DNA from: Nannocystis bainbridge
GTDB taxonomy: Bacteria; Myxococcota_A; Polyangia; Nannocystales; Nannocystaceae
DNA: 64,000 nt
Reading direction: 5' to 3'
Assembly: GCF_028368995.1 (NCBI RefSeq)
Contig: NZ_JAQNDL010000001.1
Coordinates: forward strand, 192,001-256,000
In this document: positions 50,133-62,203 of the stretch, piece after piece
Layout: every line of letters begins with the position of its first letter
How positions within the stretch are numbered: the first letter of the stretch is position 1
Notes under the pieces: generated by a model
Seen by the model: only the letters and a program-made list of their open reading frames with translations
Told to the model about the DNA's origin: nothing
Database searches by the model: none
Program-made: the position numbers and the translations under genes

Positions 50133-50404
50133 AGCTCTCCGAACCCGCTCTTGATCAGCTTGCTCAGGGCGTCGAAGCCCGGCGTGGCGTCGGCACCCTC
50201 GACGCGAAGCATGACACGGCTGCCCTGACCGCACGCGAGCATGAGCACGCCGAGGATGCTCTTGGCGTTGACCTCGGTGCCCTCGCGCGCGATCCAGACG
50301 TCGGACTTGAACTTGTTGGCGAGGTTCACCAGCTTGCTCGCGGCCCTGGCGTGGAGACCGAGCTTGTTGACGATCTCGAACTCACCCTGCATCTGCTTGC
50401 TCAT
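50129..50404 (-). CDS. ptsH: Phosphocarrier protein HPr
   Basis: NKLGLHARAA, NAKSILG. Confidence 0.95.
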   Translation of the reverse strand: MSKQMQGEFEIVNKLGLHARAASKLVNLANKFKSDVWIAREGTEVNAKSILGVLMLACGQGSRVMLRVEGADATPGFDALSKLIKSGFGEL

Positions 50405-50829
50405 GCGGTGCTCTCCTTGGCGGGCGCGGGCGACGGGACATGGACGGCGAGGGCCCGTCGGGCGGAGTCGGCGCAAGTGCGCGCGAGCTCCTCGGGCGAC
50501 AGCTCGCTGCGGTCGAGGCTGGCGAGCTTGAGCAGGACGTTGAAGCTGAGCCCGCTGAGCACGACCGGCGGCGCGGTGGCTTCGCGGATCCCGCACGAGC
50601 ACGGGCTGGCGCCATAGGCGTCGGCGATCATGAGGACGCCGCGGCCGCGGTCCGCTGCCACGAGCGCGGCCTTGAGCCGCGTCTTGAGATCGTCGGTCTC
50701 GCCGCGACCGGCGTCGACGGCGATGACGCCCTCGAGGCCCGACTCGCCACACACACCGCGCGCGGCCTCCAGCAAGACGCTGGCGCTGCGACCATGTCCC
50801 ACGAGGACGATGCCGACCTGCTCAGGCAT
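50401..50829 (-). CDS. PTS EIIA component, mannose/fructose type
   Basis: GIVLVGHG, GVLMIADAYGASP. Confidence 0.8.
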   Translation of the reverse strand: MPEQVGIVLVGHGRSASVLLEAARGVCGESGLEGVIAVDAGRGETDDLKTRLKAALVAADRGRGVLMIADAYGASPCSCGIREATAPPVVLSGLSFNVLLKLASLDRSELSPEELARTCADSARRALAVHVPSPAPAKESTA

Positions 50830-51700
50830 GGACCGACTCCTTGGCCGCCGCTTCCGGGAGGTCGCGGTGGCGGATGATGAGCTGCGGCGGCGGCCGCGAC
50901 AGCGGTTCGCCCGCGGACAGCCGTTCAGCGAGGGCTTCCGTCAAAGCCACGGAACGATGCTGCCCGCCCGTACAGCCGAGCGCAACGGTGAGGTAAGAGC
51001 GCCCTTCGCGCACGCTGCGCGGGACGACGAAGCGCAGCAGGCCCTCGAGGTGGTCGAGCAGCGCGGTGGCGTCGCCCTGACCGAGCACGAAGGCGGCGAC
51101 CTCGGCGTCGAGGCCGGTGCGCGGGCGCAGGGCGGCGACGTCGTAGGGGTTGGCGAGGAAGCGGACGTCGAACACGAGGTCGGCGAAGCTCGGCAGGCCG
51201 GTCTTGAAGCCGAACGAGGTGAGCACGAGGTGCAGCACCGAGGCCGCGCTGTAGCGGTCGCGGATCATCTGCCGCAGCTCGCGGGCCCGCAGGCCGCCGG
51301 TGTCGATGGTGGCGGTGGTGCGGGCCCGCAGCGAGCGCAGGCCCGCGCGCTCGTCGGTGATCGCGTCGGGCAGCTCGCCGAGCGGGTGACGCCGGCGGGT
51401 CTCGGCGAAGCGACGCACGAGCACGTCGTCGGGGGCGTCGAGGAACAGGATCTCGACGCGATGCCCGGCCTGGACCAACTGCAGGTGGACGCTGGCGAAG
51501 CCGCCGAGGTGGCCGACCTCGCGCGCGTCGATGCCGACGGCGATCCGCCGCGGGGTCTCCTCGGCGGCCAGGACGTCGACGAGCTGCGGCAGGAGCAGCA
51601 CGGGGATGTTGTCGACGCAGTAGAAGCCGATGTCGGCCAGCGCCGCGAGGGCGGTCGACTTGCCCGCCCCGCTCATGCCCGTGACGACGAGCAGCTCCAC
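50822..51700 (-). CDS. rapZ: RNase adapter RapZ
   Basis: VTGMSGAGKS, CVDNIP, SFGFK, FDVRFLANP, GCTGGQHRSV. Confidence 0.95.
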   Translation of the reverse strand: MELLVVTGMSGAGKSTALAALADIGFYCVDNIPVLLLPQLVDVLAAEETPRRIAVGIDAREVGHLGGFASVHLQLVQAGHRVEILFLDAPDDVLVRRFAETRRRHPLGELPDAITDERAGLRSLRARTTATIDTGGLRARELRQMIRDRYSAASVLHLVLTSFGFKTGLPSFADLVFDVRFLANPYDVAALRPRTGLDAEVAAFVLGQGDATALLDHLEGLLRFVVPRSVREGRSYLTVALGCTGGQHRSVALTEALAERLSAGEPLSRPPPQLIIRHRDLPEAAAKESVHA

Positions 51701-51702
51701 GA

Positions 51703-52734
51703 TTACTCGACCTCGGGAGAAGGCACGGCGCCCGAATTGGCGCGCGGCGTGGGCACCGGGACGTCGGCCCCGGGCGAGCGGATGTTGGCGCCGCGGGCGC
51801 TGGCGGCGATCCGGGCGTTGATCTTCTCCTGGAACTCGCGCGCCGAGTCGTGGCCGCGGAACTTCAACACCTGGTTGCGAGCGACGACCTCGATCAGCGA
51901 GGCGATGTTGCGCCCGGGTCGGAGCGGGATCCTGGCCAGAGGGACATCCACGCCGAGGATCGGCCACACCTGCGGCTCGGTGCCGAGGCGGTCGTAGTCC
52001 TCTTCCTGGGCCTCGCTGAGCTCGACGACGACCTCGATCTTCTTGTTGTCGCGCACGGCGGCGACGCCGAACAGGTGGGTGATGTTGAGGATCCCGAGGC
52101 CGCGGATCTCCATGTGGTGCTGGTGCATCTCGAGCGCGGCGCCCCACACGGTGTCGGGCGGACGCACCGAGACCTCGACGATGTCGTCGGCGACCAGGCG
52201 GTGGCCCTTGAGGATCAGGTCGAGCGCCGCCTCGCTCTTGCCGACGCCGCTGCGACCGATCAGCAGCAGGCCGACGCCGAGCACGTCGATGAGGACGCCG
52301 TGGATGGTGGCGCGCGGCGACAGCAGGTCCTCGAGCTTGCGCGTCAGTCGCGAGATGAAGACCGAGCTCATCATCGGGCTGCGCAGCACCGGCACGCCGT
52401 GGCGACGGGCGACCTCCATCAGGAAATCGGGCGGGTCGAGGCCGCGGGAGATCGCCAGACAGCACAGCGGCTTGCTGCAGAACGCCTCGAGCCCCGCCCT
52501 CGCCTGGTCCGGCGAGCAGCTCAGCAGGTAGTCGATCTCGGTGAGGCCGAGCACCTGGATCCGGTCGGGGAAGACGTGCTTGACGAAGCCCGACAGCGCG
52601 AGGCCGGGCTTTTGGATCCGCATGCTGGTGATCTTGCGGTCGAGCTCGCCCCAGTCGGACAGCAAGGTCAACTGGAGCGGTTCGGCGGTGGCGTCGAGGA
52701 ACTTGCCGACCTCGATCGAGGCATCTCTGCGCAT
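51703..52734 (-). CDS. hprK: HPr kinase/phosphorylase
   Basis: KPGLALSG, GRSGVGKSE, GHRLVADD, MEIRGLG. Confidence 0.96.
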   Translation of the reverse strand: MRRDASIEVGKFLDATAEPLQLTLLSDWGELDRKITSMRIQKPGLALSGFVKHVFPDRIQVLGLTEIDYLLSCSPDQARAGLEAFCSKPLCCLAISRGLDPPDFLMEVARRHGVPVLRSPMMSSVFISRLTRKLEDLLSPRATIHGVLIDVLGVGLLLIGRSGVGKSEAALDLILKGHRLVADDIVEVSVRPPDTVWGAALEMHQHHMEIRGLGILNITHLFGVAAVRDNKKIEVVVELSEAQEEDYDRLGTEPQVWPILGVDVPLARIPLRPGRNIASLIEVVARNQVLKFRGHDSAREFQEKINARIAASARGANIRSPGADVPVPTPRANSGAVPSPEVE

Positions 52735-52802
52735 GGTGAGCGCAGTCTAGCAGGGGCCGCCCGGCGGGCGCGAGGGCCCGCGGGGCGCGCCTGCGGGGCC
52801 GG

Positions 52803-53480
52803 TCACGTCGCGGCGATGGCCTCGGCCTCGGCCTCGTTGGGCTCGATGAGGCCGTAGTTGCCGTCTTCGCGCACGTAGACGACGTTGATCTCGCCGGAGC
52901 CGGCGTTGGTGAACACATAGAACTGCTTGTGAAGCAGGTTCATCTGCATGATCGCGCCCTCGACGGTCATGCGCTCGGTCGTGAACTCGGTCTGGCGGAT
53001 GACGACCGGGCGGGAGTCCGGCTTGGCGTGGGCGTGGGCGTGGGCGTGACCGTTGCCGTTCCCGTTGCTGAGGGCGGCGACGGTGGCGGCGGCCTCGGCG
53101 GCGGCGTCCTCCTCCTCGACGATCTGGTCGACCATGCTCTCGGCGGCGATGACCCCGAGGCGGACCTTGGCCGAGCGGCCCTCATTGCCCTTATGGTGCT
53201 TGATCCGCGCCTTGTAGCGCCGGACCTGCCGCTCCATCTTGGCCAGCGCCATGTCGACCGACGAGTACATGTTCTCGGTCGACTCCTGGGCGTGCAGTTG
53301 CAGGCCGTTGCGCAGGGTGACGTCGAACGCGGCGATGTGCATCACCTTGTCGACGGTGAACGTGCAGCTCACCCGCAACGGCTCGGCGAAGTAGCGCTTG
53401 ATCTTCTCGAGGCGCTCCTCGGCGTAGCCGCGCAGGGCGGTGGAAGACTCCATCTGGCGGAAAACGAAGTGAGTCTGCAT
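52803..53480 (-). CDS. hpf: Ribosome hibernation promoting factor, long form
   Basis: FRQMESSTALRGY, NMYSSVD..KMERQVRRYK; C-terminal MTVEGAIMQM..VVYVREDGNYGLIE. Confidence 0.93.
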   Translation of the reverse strand: MQTHFVFRQMESSTALRGYAEERLEKIKRYFAEPLRVSCTFTVDKVMHIAAFDVTLRNGLQLHAQESTENMYSSVDMALAKMERQVRRYKARIKHHKGNEGRSAKVRLGVIAAESMVDQIVEEEDAAAEAAATVAALSNGNGNGHAHAHAHAKPDSRPVVIRQTEFTTERMTVEGAIMQMNLLHKQFYVFTNAGSGEINVVYVREDGNYGLIEPNEAEAEAIAAT

Positions 53481-53576
53481 CGATCGGGCACCTTCTTGGT
53501 GGGTTTGGCTCCGGCCGAAGGCCGGCGTCTTCTGATTGTCTGACCGCAAGGCCAGGAAAGGCCAGGCAAATCGGGC

Positions 53577-55061
53577 TTAAAAGAGCTTACGGCGTTTCGC
53601 GCTGGAGAGCACGCCGAGCTGCTCGCGGTATTTGGCGACCGTCCGCCGGGCGATGTCGATGCCCTCCTCCTGCAAGAGCTCGACGAGCCGCTGATCACTG
53701 TACGGATGAGCCTCGTCCTCGAGGTCGATGAGCTTCTTGATGCGCTCCTTGACGGCCTCGCTGGCGAGGTCGTCGCCGGTGGTGCGGCTGATGCCGGCGT
53801 TGAAGAAATACTTGAGCTCGAAGATACCCAGCGGGGTGTGCACGTACTTGTTGGTGGTCACCCGCGAGACCGTCGACTCGTGCATCTCGATGTCCTCGGC
53901 GACGTCCTTGAGGATCAGCGGCCGCAAGTGCTGCGGGCCGCGCTCGAAGAACTCGCGCTGGAACTTGAGGATGCTCTTCGTGACCTTGATGATGGTGCGC
54001 TGGCGCTGCTGGATCGAGCGGATGAGCCACTGCGCCGAGCGCATGCGTTCGTGGATGTACTCTTTGGCCTTGGGGTGCTCGCCCACGGCCTCTTTGTAGA
54101 GCCCGCTGATGCGCAGCCGCGGCAGGCCGTCTTCGTTCAGCGTGACCAGGAGCTCCTCGCCGACCTTGATGATGTACACGTCGGGGGTGATGTATTGCGG
54201 CTGCTCGACCCCGTAGGCCCGCGCCGGCCGTGGGTCCATGCCCATGATCACTTTGGTCGCCTCGTAGACCTCCTCGAGCGCCTCGCCGGTATCCCGGGCC
54301 ACCGCCTGGTAGTTGCGGATCTCGAGGTTGTGCAGGTGCTTGGCGATGATCGCCCGCACCAGCGGATCCTCGACCGGGTGCTCGGGGTGGTTGGCCTGCA
54401 CCCACAAGCACTCGGCGAGGTTGCGCGAGCCGATCGCCACCGGGTCGAGCTGCTGGATCTTGCGCATCAGCGTCTCGACCTTGAGCGTCGACACGCCGAG
54501 CTTGCGCGCGATCTGGGTGGCGCTCTCCTGCAAGTAACCCGCGGGCGACAGGCAGCGCACGATGTACTCGGCGACGTCCTCGCCGGTCTCGTCGAAGTTG
54601 GAGAGCCGCACCTGCCACATCAGGTGCTCGGCCAGCGTCTCGGCGCGGGTCAGCGTCGCCTCGAGCGAGGGCCCCTCTTCGTCGTCGTTGTTGTTCCTCG
54701 TGGCGCCGGTGGCCGACGGCGGCATGTACTCCATAGAGTCGGCGTAGGCGTCCCAGTCGGCGCCTTCCTTGGGCACCTCGTCGGCCTTGACCTCGGGCGC
54801 GCTGCGCTCGGGCTCCGCCTGGGCCTGCTCCTGCTGCGGCGCGTCGACCGCGTCCTGCAGCTCGACCGAGCTCACCGGCTCCTCGGCGCTGGTGCCGATC
54901 TCGTGCGCCTCCTCGAGCAGCGGGTTCTCCATCAGCTCGCTGCGCACCAGGTCGACGAGCTCGGGACGGGACAGCTGAAGCAGCTTGATGGCCTGCTGGA
55001 GCTGCGGCGTCATCACGAGCTGCGTGCTCATCCGCAAGTCTTGGCGCATCTGAAGTGCCAT
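53577..55061 (-). CDS. rpoN: RNA polymerase sigma-54 factor
   Basis: MTPQLQQAIKLLQL, HESTVSR, RpoN box ARRTVAKYRE. Confidence 0.98.
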   Translation of the reverse strand: MALQMRQDLRMSTQLVMTPQLQQAIKLLQLSRPELVDLVRSELMENPLLEEAHEIGTSAEEPVSSVELQDAVDAPQQEQAQAEPERSAPEVKADEVPKEGADWDAYADSMEYMPPSATGATRNNNDDEEGPSLEATLTRAETLAEHLMWQVRLSNFDETGEDVAEYIVRCLSPAGYLQESATQIARKLGVSTLKVETLMRKIQQLDPVAIGSRNLAECLWVQANHPEHPVEDPLVRAIIAKHLHNLEIRNYQAVARDTGEALEEVYEATKVIMGMDPRPARAYGVEQPQYITPDVYIIKVGEELLVTLNEDGLPRLRISGLYKEAVGEHPKAKEYIHERMRSAQWLIRSIQQRQRTIIKVTKSILKFQREFFERGPQHLRPLILKDVAEDIEMHESTVSRVTTNKYVHTPLGIFELKYFFNAGISRTTGDDLASEAVKERIKKLIDLEDEAHPYSDQRLVELLQEEGIDIARRTVAKYREQLGVLSSAKRRKLF

Positions 55062-55259
55062 GGTCCCTCGCCTCGCTAAACCAGTAATTTAGCAGAGCGT
55101 ACACCTGGAACCAACGACAACGAGGCGGGTGCCCCCCGCACCCACCTCAGCGCTCGCATGCGTCGTCGGGCCGCTTGTTCCACGCGGCGCCGCGAATTGC
55201 AGCGCAAGACCCGGCGCGATCTCTGGGGCCCCGCTGGGCCCCGACCGGACCGCCGGGCC

Positions 55260-56945
<1,686 letters not shown>

Positions 56946-56980
56946 CTAGCTCACGCGACGCGCAGAAAAATCGCGAGCCG

Positions 56981-58495
56981 TCAGCCGCGCCAGCGGGCCG
57001 AACGGCGCCACGCCGATGCGTCGGCCTCGCCGCCCGGAGCCGACGCAGACGCACGCGAGAGCGACTCGGCGGCTCGCACGGCGGCGGCGGCGGCGATCGC
57101 CCGCGCATCGGCGTCGCTCGGGACGTGCTCGGCGACGAGGTCGGGGTGCTTGTCGATGTAGCGGGTCGAGAAGTCGCCGGCGAGGAAGTCGGGCTCGTCG
57201 AGGCAGCGCAGGTGGAAGGCGAGGTTGGTCTCGATGCCGAGGACGACGGTCTCGCGCAGGGCCTCGCGCATGCGGGCCAGCGCGGCGGCGCGGTCGGGGC
57301 CCCAGGTGGTGATCTTGGCGATCATCGGGTCGTAGAAGCGCGAGACGACGCTGCCCGAGGCGACGGCGGTGTCGATGCGGAGGTTGGCGCCGACCGGCCA
57401 GCGGACCAGGCGCACCTGCCCTGGCGAGGGCAGGAACTTGCGCGGGTCCTCGGCGTAGACGCGGCACTCGACGGCGTGGCCGCGCAGCTCGACGTCGGCC
57501 TGGGTGTAGCCGAGCGGCTGGCCGGCGGCGACGCGGATCTGGTCCCACACGAGGTCGCGGCCGCAGGTGGCCTCGGTCACCGGGTGCTCGACCTGCAGCC
57601 TCGTGTTCATCTCGAGGAAGTAGAAGCGCGGGCCCTTGGCTGTCTCTTCGAACAGGAACTCGACGGTGCCGGCGCCGGTGTAGTCGACGGCCTTGGCGGC
57701 GCGCACGGCCACCTCGCCCATCGCCTGCCGCACCTCGGGCGTCATCTGCGGGCTCGGGCTGGGGCTCTCCTCGATGACCTTCTGGTGGCGCCGCTGGACC
57801 GAGCAGTCGCGCTCGTTGAGGTACACGGTCTCGCCGAACTGGTCGGCCATCAGCTGGATCTCGACGTGGCGCGCGTTCAACACGGCGCGCTCCATCAGCA
57901 TGCGGTCGTCGCCGAACGAGGCCTTGGCCTCGCGCGCGGCGCCCTCGTAGGCCCGCCGCAGCTCGCTGGCCTCGTGCACGATCCGCATGCCCTTGCCGCC
58001 GCCGCCCGCCGAGGCCTTGAGCATCACCGGGAAGCCGATCTCGCGCGCCGCGGCCTCGGCTTGCTCGGCGTCGGCGATGTCGTCGAAGCCCGGCACCACC
58101 GGCACGCCGGCCTCGCGCATCGCCTTGCGCGCGCCGGCCTTGTCGCCCATCACGTTCATCGCGTGGGCGCTCGGGCCGATGAACACCACGCCGGCCTCCT
58201 TGCAGGCCTCGACGAAGTAGGCGCGCTCGCTGAGGAAGCCGTAGCCGGGGTGGATGGCCTCGGCGCCGGTGGCCTTGGCGGCGGCGAGGATCCGCTCGAC
58301 GCGCAGGTAACTGTCGGCGGCCGGCGCGGCGCCGATGTGCACCGATTCGTCGGCCATGGTGGTGTGGAGGGCGTCGCGGTCGGCGTCGCTGAACACGGCC
58401 ACGGTGGCGATCCCACGCTCGGCGCAGGTCCGGAACACGCGCAGGGCGATCTCACCGCGGTTGGCGACCAGGATCTTGCGAAAAGGCGGCGTCAT
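56981..58495 (-). CDS. Biotin carboxylase subunit of an acyl-CoA carboxylase
   Basis: ANRGEIA, HPGYGFLSE, GGGGKGMR, EMNTRLQVEH, YDPMIAK. Confidence 0.95.
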   Translation of the reverse strand: MTPPFRKILVANRGEIALRVFRTCAERGIATVAVFSDADRDALHTTMADESVHIGAAPAADSYLRVERILAAAKATGAEAIHPGYGFLSERAYFVEACKEAGVVFIGPSAHAMNVMGDKAGARKAMREAGVPVVPGFDDIADAEQAEAAAREIGFPVMLKASAGGGGKGMRIVHEASELRRAYEGAAREAKASFGDDRMLMERAVLNARHVEIQLMADQFGETVYLNERDCSVQRRHQKVIEESPSPSPQMTPEVRQAMGEVAVRAAKAVDYTGAGTVEFLFEETAKGPRFYFLEMNTRLQVEHPVTEATCGRDLVWDQIRVAAGQPLGYTQADVELRGHAVECRVYAEDPRKFLPSPGQVRLVRWPVGANLRIDTAVASGSVVSRFYDPMIAKITTWGPDRAAALARMREALRETVVLGIETNLAFHLRCLDEPDFLAGDFSTRYIDKHPDLVAEHVPSDADARAIAAAAAVRAAESLSRASASAPGGEADASAWRRSARWRG

Positions 58496-58540
58496 GGCGG
58501 AACGCCGGATCGGTAGCACAAAACGCCGGACGGCGCGGCC

Positions 58541-58834
58541 TCACCGGTGCGGGGGCGCGGGCTGCCAGGGACCGAGCGCGCCGGGCTGCTCCAGCGGGAT
58601 TTCCGGCCCGGCGAGCGCGTCCACGGGGCCGGTCGGACCGGACGCGGCCGGCTTCATGGATTCGTCTTCATGCGCGTCGCCCTGCCCGCCCGCGGCGCTC
58701 ACCGGGCGCTCGGGCACGCCGATCGGGGTGGCCATGGGCGGCGGCGGCGGGGTCGGCCACAGTGGCGGCGGGGTCTTGTCGACGCAGCCGGTCACCGCAA
58801 GGAGCACGAACGGCCCGAACACGGCCACGAGCAC
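58541..58834 (-). CDS. Small Pro-rich lipoprotein
   Basis: LLAVTGC lipobox then PPPLWPTPPPP; start uncertain. Confidence 0.5.
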   Translation of the reverse strand: MLVAVFGPFVLLAVTGCVDKTPPPLWPTPPPPPMATPIGVPERPVSAAGGQGDAHEDESMKPAASGPTGPVDALAGPEIPLEQPGALGPWQPAPPHR

Positions 58835-58893
58835 CTCTGCGGTGCTGCGGCGCGGGCTCGAGCCGGACGGACGCACAGAGCTCCTCGGGCGGG

Positions 58894-59454
58894 CTACTCG
58901 TCGTCCTCTTCGGTCTCGTTGCCGGTGAGCTCTTCGTCGTCCAGGCCCGTCTCGTCGAGGTCCTCGAGGCCGGCGGCGTCGTCGAGGTCGGGCGCGGGGC
59001 CCAGCTCCTCTTCTTCTTCGGCGGCTTCCTCGGTCTCGGTCTCGGTCTCCTCGACGTCGACGTTGTCGTCGCCCTCGGTGGACTCGGGGGCCATGCCGAC
59101 CTTCTCGAAGTCCGCGGTGAGCTCGGGGATCGTGTCACCCTCTTCCGATTCCTCCTCGCCCTCGATCACGCTGAAGGCCGCGGCCTCGAGGAAGGTGTTG
59201 TCGTTGCTGGTGAGCTTGAGCTTCTGGCGCTGCTCTTCGATGTACTCGAGCATGACGCCGTTGATCTGCTCTTGGTAGCGGACCTGGCCGCCCTCGATCT
59301 CGCGGAGGGCGGTGACGGCCTGCTTGTTGTCGCAGACGACCTGGGCGGTGCCCTTGCCCTCCAGCAGCGCCCGGGCCCGACGGGCGGCCAGGATCGTGAG
59401 GGCGAAGCGGTTGGGGATCAGCTCGAGGCAGTCTTCGACGGTGACGCGGGCCAT
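58894..59454 (-). CDS. rpoZ: RNA polymerase omega subunit with long acidic tail
   Basis: MARVTVEDCLE..NRFAL..AARRAR..ALREI. Confidence 0.95.
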   Translation of the reverse strand: MARVTVEDCLELIPNRFALTILAARRARALLEGKGTAQVVCDNKQAVTALREIEGGQVRYQEQINGVMLEYIEEQRQKLKLTSNDNTFLEAAAFSVIEGEEESEEGDTIPELTADFEKVGMAPESTEGDDNVDVEETETETEEAAEEEEELGPAPDLDDAAGLEDLDETGLDDEELTGNETEEDDE

Positions 59455-59547
59455 GGGGGGCGGAGTATGGGGGGAGAGGGGCGAAGGCGCAAGTGCCAGC
59501 CGGACGGCCCCCAGGGGCCGTTCACGGCGAACCAGGGCGGGTATGAC

Positions 59548-59979
59548 TCACATCTCGATGAGCAGCTGCTGGCCGCGCTCGCGCAGGTCGAGGGTGTCGC
59601 GGACCCAGGCGATGAAGGCAGTCGCGTGCTCGCGGCGGAAGTTGAAGGCCTCGGCCAGGAACAGCAGCGCCTCCATCTCGCCGTCGACGATCTTGTTGTC
59701 GGCGAGGGCGGCGCAGACGGCCTGATAGAACAGGAAGATCCGCGCCTCGCGGTGCTGGACCGACCGCGCCACGTTGGAAAGATCGGACGGGTGGGAGAAC
59801 TCGCGGCGGACCAGGTCGCGCTCCTCGGGGAGCAGCATCATCTGGCCCATCAGCTCTTCGACGAAGTGGCGCTCGCTGTCGGAGACCTGATTGTCGCGGG
59901 ATGCCATGATCGCCACGGCGCGGGCGACAGCCACCTGCTCCTCGGGGGTGATGAGCTCTGCGATCGGGAAGTCGAGCAT
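59548..59979 (-). CDS. TerB-family protein
   Basis: MASRDNQVSDSER and ALADNKIVDGEM duplicated TerB motifs. Confidence 0.75.
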   Translation of the reverse strand: MLDFPIAELITPEEQVAVARAVAIMASRDNQVSDSERHFVEELMGQMMLLPEERDLVRREFSHPSDLSNVARSVQHREARIFLFYQAVCAALADNKIVDGEMEALLFLAEAFNFRREHATAFIAWVRDTLDLRERGQQLLIEM

Positions 59980-60168
59980 CCGCTTACTCCAGTGCGCCCA
60001 GGCTAACCCAAGTCCCGAGTCCTGGATAGCCGGCGCGGGCGCGCGTCGGCGGGCCTGAAATCACTGCGCGCCCGGCCGCAAACAGGCGTGCGGACCGCGA
60101 GCGGACCGCGCGCCGCGACGGGGCGCGGAGTAGATCTCCCGCGCGGCGCGACCGGGCGCCCACGGCTC

Positions 60169-61809
60169 TCACTCGGCAGCCTTGAGCCGATCCGGGCGGT
60201 GCAGCCAGCGAACGGCGGTCGGCTCGACGGCGCTGTCGCCCTCGGGCGCGCGCAGGTTCAGCCGCTGCAGCTCGCGCGCGTCGAAGTCGGCCGGCAGCGG
60301 CGCGACGATGTTGAGGGTGGTGCCGTGCGGCCGGATGCTGACCTGGGCGGCGACCGGCGTGGTGCCGTCGGCGAACTCGAACTCGACGGAGTGCGTGGCG
60401 CTGCGCGGCGCGTCGGCCTCGAGCGAGCCGGGCGCGGTCCACCAGATCTGCTGACCGTCGTCGATGGCGCCGAGCAGCAGGCCGCCCTCGCCCGGGTGAT
60501 CGTGGCCCGGGGCCGGCGCGCCCTCGAGGTCCCAGCCGCTGAGGGTCCGGATCCGCTGGTAGGTCGCGTTCCACTGCCAGTCGGACACCCAGGTCGAGCC
60601 GCAGTAGCTCATGTAGTCGGAGTGGGTGCTCGGGTGGCGCAGGCGGATGTCCTGGATGCCGAAGCCCCACACGCCGATGACGCCGTTGTCGTGCGGGTAG
60701 GTGCCGTCGTTGCCCTGCGAGTTGCCACCGGGGCACTCGATGTGGCGCCGGCCCTGGGTGTGCCCGATCTCGTGGACGAAGGTGTCCTCGGGGCGGCCGA
60801 TCATCTGCCCGGCGGCGGCCCGGCGCGTGGCGTCGGATTTGGTCGCGCCGGTGATGTCGGCCGCGAGACCGACGGTGCAGCCGGTGGCGATGCCGCCGCC
60901 GCCGCCGATGCACTCGCCGCAGTTGTCGAACAGACCGTAGTAGTAGACGCTGGGGTCGGCGCCCTCGGCGGTGCGCAGCTGGCTCATCTCGCTGACGAGC
61001 CGCGACAGGCCCTGGTAGGCGGTCATGTCGAAGGTCACCGGGTACGGCTCGTGGACGGTGAACTCGAGCGACTCGAGCGCGTTCTGCTGGAACAGCGCCT
61101 GCTTGAACTTGCCCTCCACGGCGGCGCCGTCGACGGTCGTCTTGCAGCTGCCGAAGTCGTAGGCGACCGGGACGAGCACGACGCGCATGTTGGTGACCGC
61201 ATCCTCGACGCCGACGAAGGCGGTGCCGGTGTACGGGGCCTGCGGCGGCACGTCACCCTCGGGGCTGTCCTCTTGGCCAGGTGCAGTCTCCCACACGGTG
61301 ATGCTGTACTTGAGGCCAGGTTGCATGTGCTCGGCCTTGACGCCGAACGAGAAGGTGCTCTTGAGGTCGGAGTCGCGCGAGTCGTTCTCGACCAGCATCG
61401 TCGACTTGTAGACCTTGTCGACGCCGCCGCCGGTGAGGTGCAGCTGGGCCTCGAGCTCGCGCGGGACCCAGCCCTCGGGCAGCTTGAAGTAGGCGCGGAC
61501 CATGGTGTCGCGACGGGCCGGCAGGTAGGCCCCGCGCTCGGCCCCCGGCACGTCGGCGCCGTCCTTGCCGATCGGCACCGCGACGCCGGAGTTCGCCTCG
61601 ACGCGGTCGATGACGATCCCGCCGCGCGCCAGGAACGGCTCGAAGGCCTCGCCCGTGGTCGGCTCGGCGGTCGTACCGCCCGTCGCGTCGGTGTCGGTGG
61701 CGCTCGTACCGTCCGTGCCGACTCCGTCCGTACCTGAGGCACTCAGGTCGATAGAGCACGCGGCGGAGACACAGAGGAGGGGCGCGATGGCGAAGGCAGA
61801 GCGCAGCAT
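60169..61809 (-). CDS. Zinc metallopeptidase lipoprotein (M66-like)
   Basis: Lipobox SAAC; HEIGHTQGRRH; DYMSYC Met-turn. Confidence 0.8.
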   Translation of the reverse strand: MLRSAFAIAPLLCVSAACSIDLSASGTDGVGTDGTSATDTDATGGTTAEPTTGEAFEPFLARGGIVIDRVEANSGVAVPIGKDGADVPGAERGAYLPARRDTMVRAYFKLPEGWVPRELEAQLHLTGGGVDKVYKSTMLVENDSRDSDLKSTFSFGVKAEHMQPGLKYSITVWETAPGQEDSPEGDVPPQAPYTGTAFVGVEDAVTNMRVVLVPVAYDFGSCKTTVDGAAVEGKFKQALFQQNALESLEFTVHEPYPVTFDMTAYQGLSRLVSEMSQLRTAEGADPSVYYYGLFDNCGECIGGGGGIATGCTVGLAADITGATKSDATRRAAAGQMIGRPEDTFVHEIGHTQGRRHIECPGGNSQGNDGTYPHDNGVIGVWGFGIQDIRLRHPSTHSDYMSYCGSTWVSDWQWNATYQRIRTLSGWDLEGAPAPGHDHPGEGGLLLGAIDDGQQIWWTAPGSLEADAPRSATHSVEFEFADGTTPVAAQVSIRPHGTTLNIVAPLPADFDARELQRLNLRAPEGDSAVEPTAVRWLHRPDRLKAAE

Positions 61810-62014
61810 GTTTCGGAACTTACGTTTTTTTTAGAAGGCTCTCAACTAACAAAACCCCGCCAAACCGGGGAAAGCTGGCGCGGAATATGTGAGTCAGCGC
61901 GCGATCGCGCCGTTGACAAGCGCGCGCTCGCAAGCGCAGGTAGGGCCCTCGCCTGGCCGGAACCCGGTCCGAGGCGCGCTGCTTGACAAGTCATCCACGC
62001 ACGCGGTCGGGCTG

Positions 62015-62203
62015 GATCTCCAGCCCGGTTCGAAGAGGGAAATCGGTGCGGTGCCTCGACTCACGTCGAGCGCCCAGTCCGATGCGGCTCCCGCCACTGT
62101 GAACGGCGACGAGACCGGCGACCCCGCAAGGGGACCACTGCGGCCATGGGCCGTGGGAAGGCGCCGGTCGAGGATGACCCGTAAGCCAGGAGACCTGCCG
62201 TGT
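62015..62203 (+). ncRNA. Cobalamin riboswitch
   Basis: GGT..AAGAGGGAA.TCGGTG, CCCGCCACTGTGA, CCACTG..GGGAAGG, AAGCCAGGAGACCTGCC; upstream of a TonB receptor. Confidence 0.93.

Noticed and set aside
48309-55061. rpoN-hpf-hprK-rapZ-EIIA-HPr-EI cluster as a novel system
   Set aside because: A known conserved regulatory PTS neighbourhood.
61876-61890. Sigma54 promoter-like TGGCGCG-GAAT-ATGT
   Set aside because: Lacks the conserved -12 GC.
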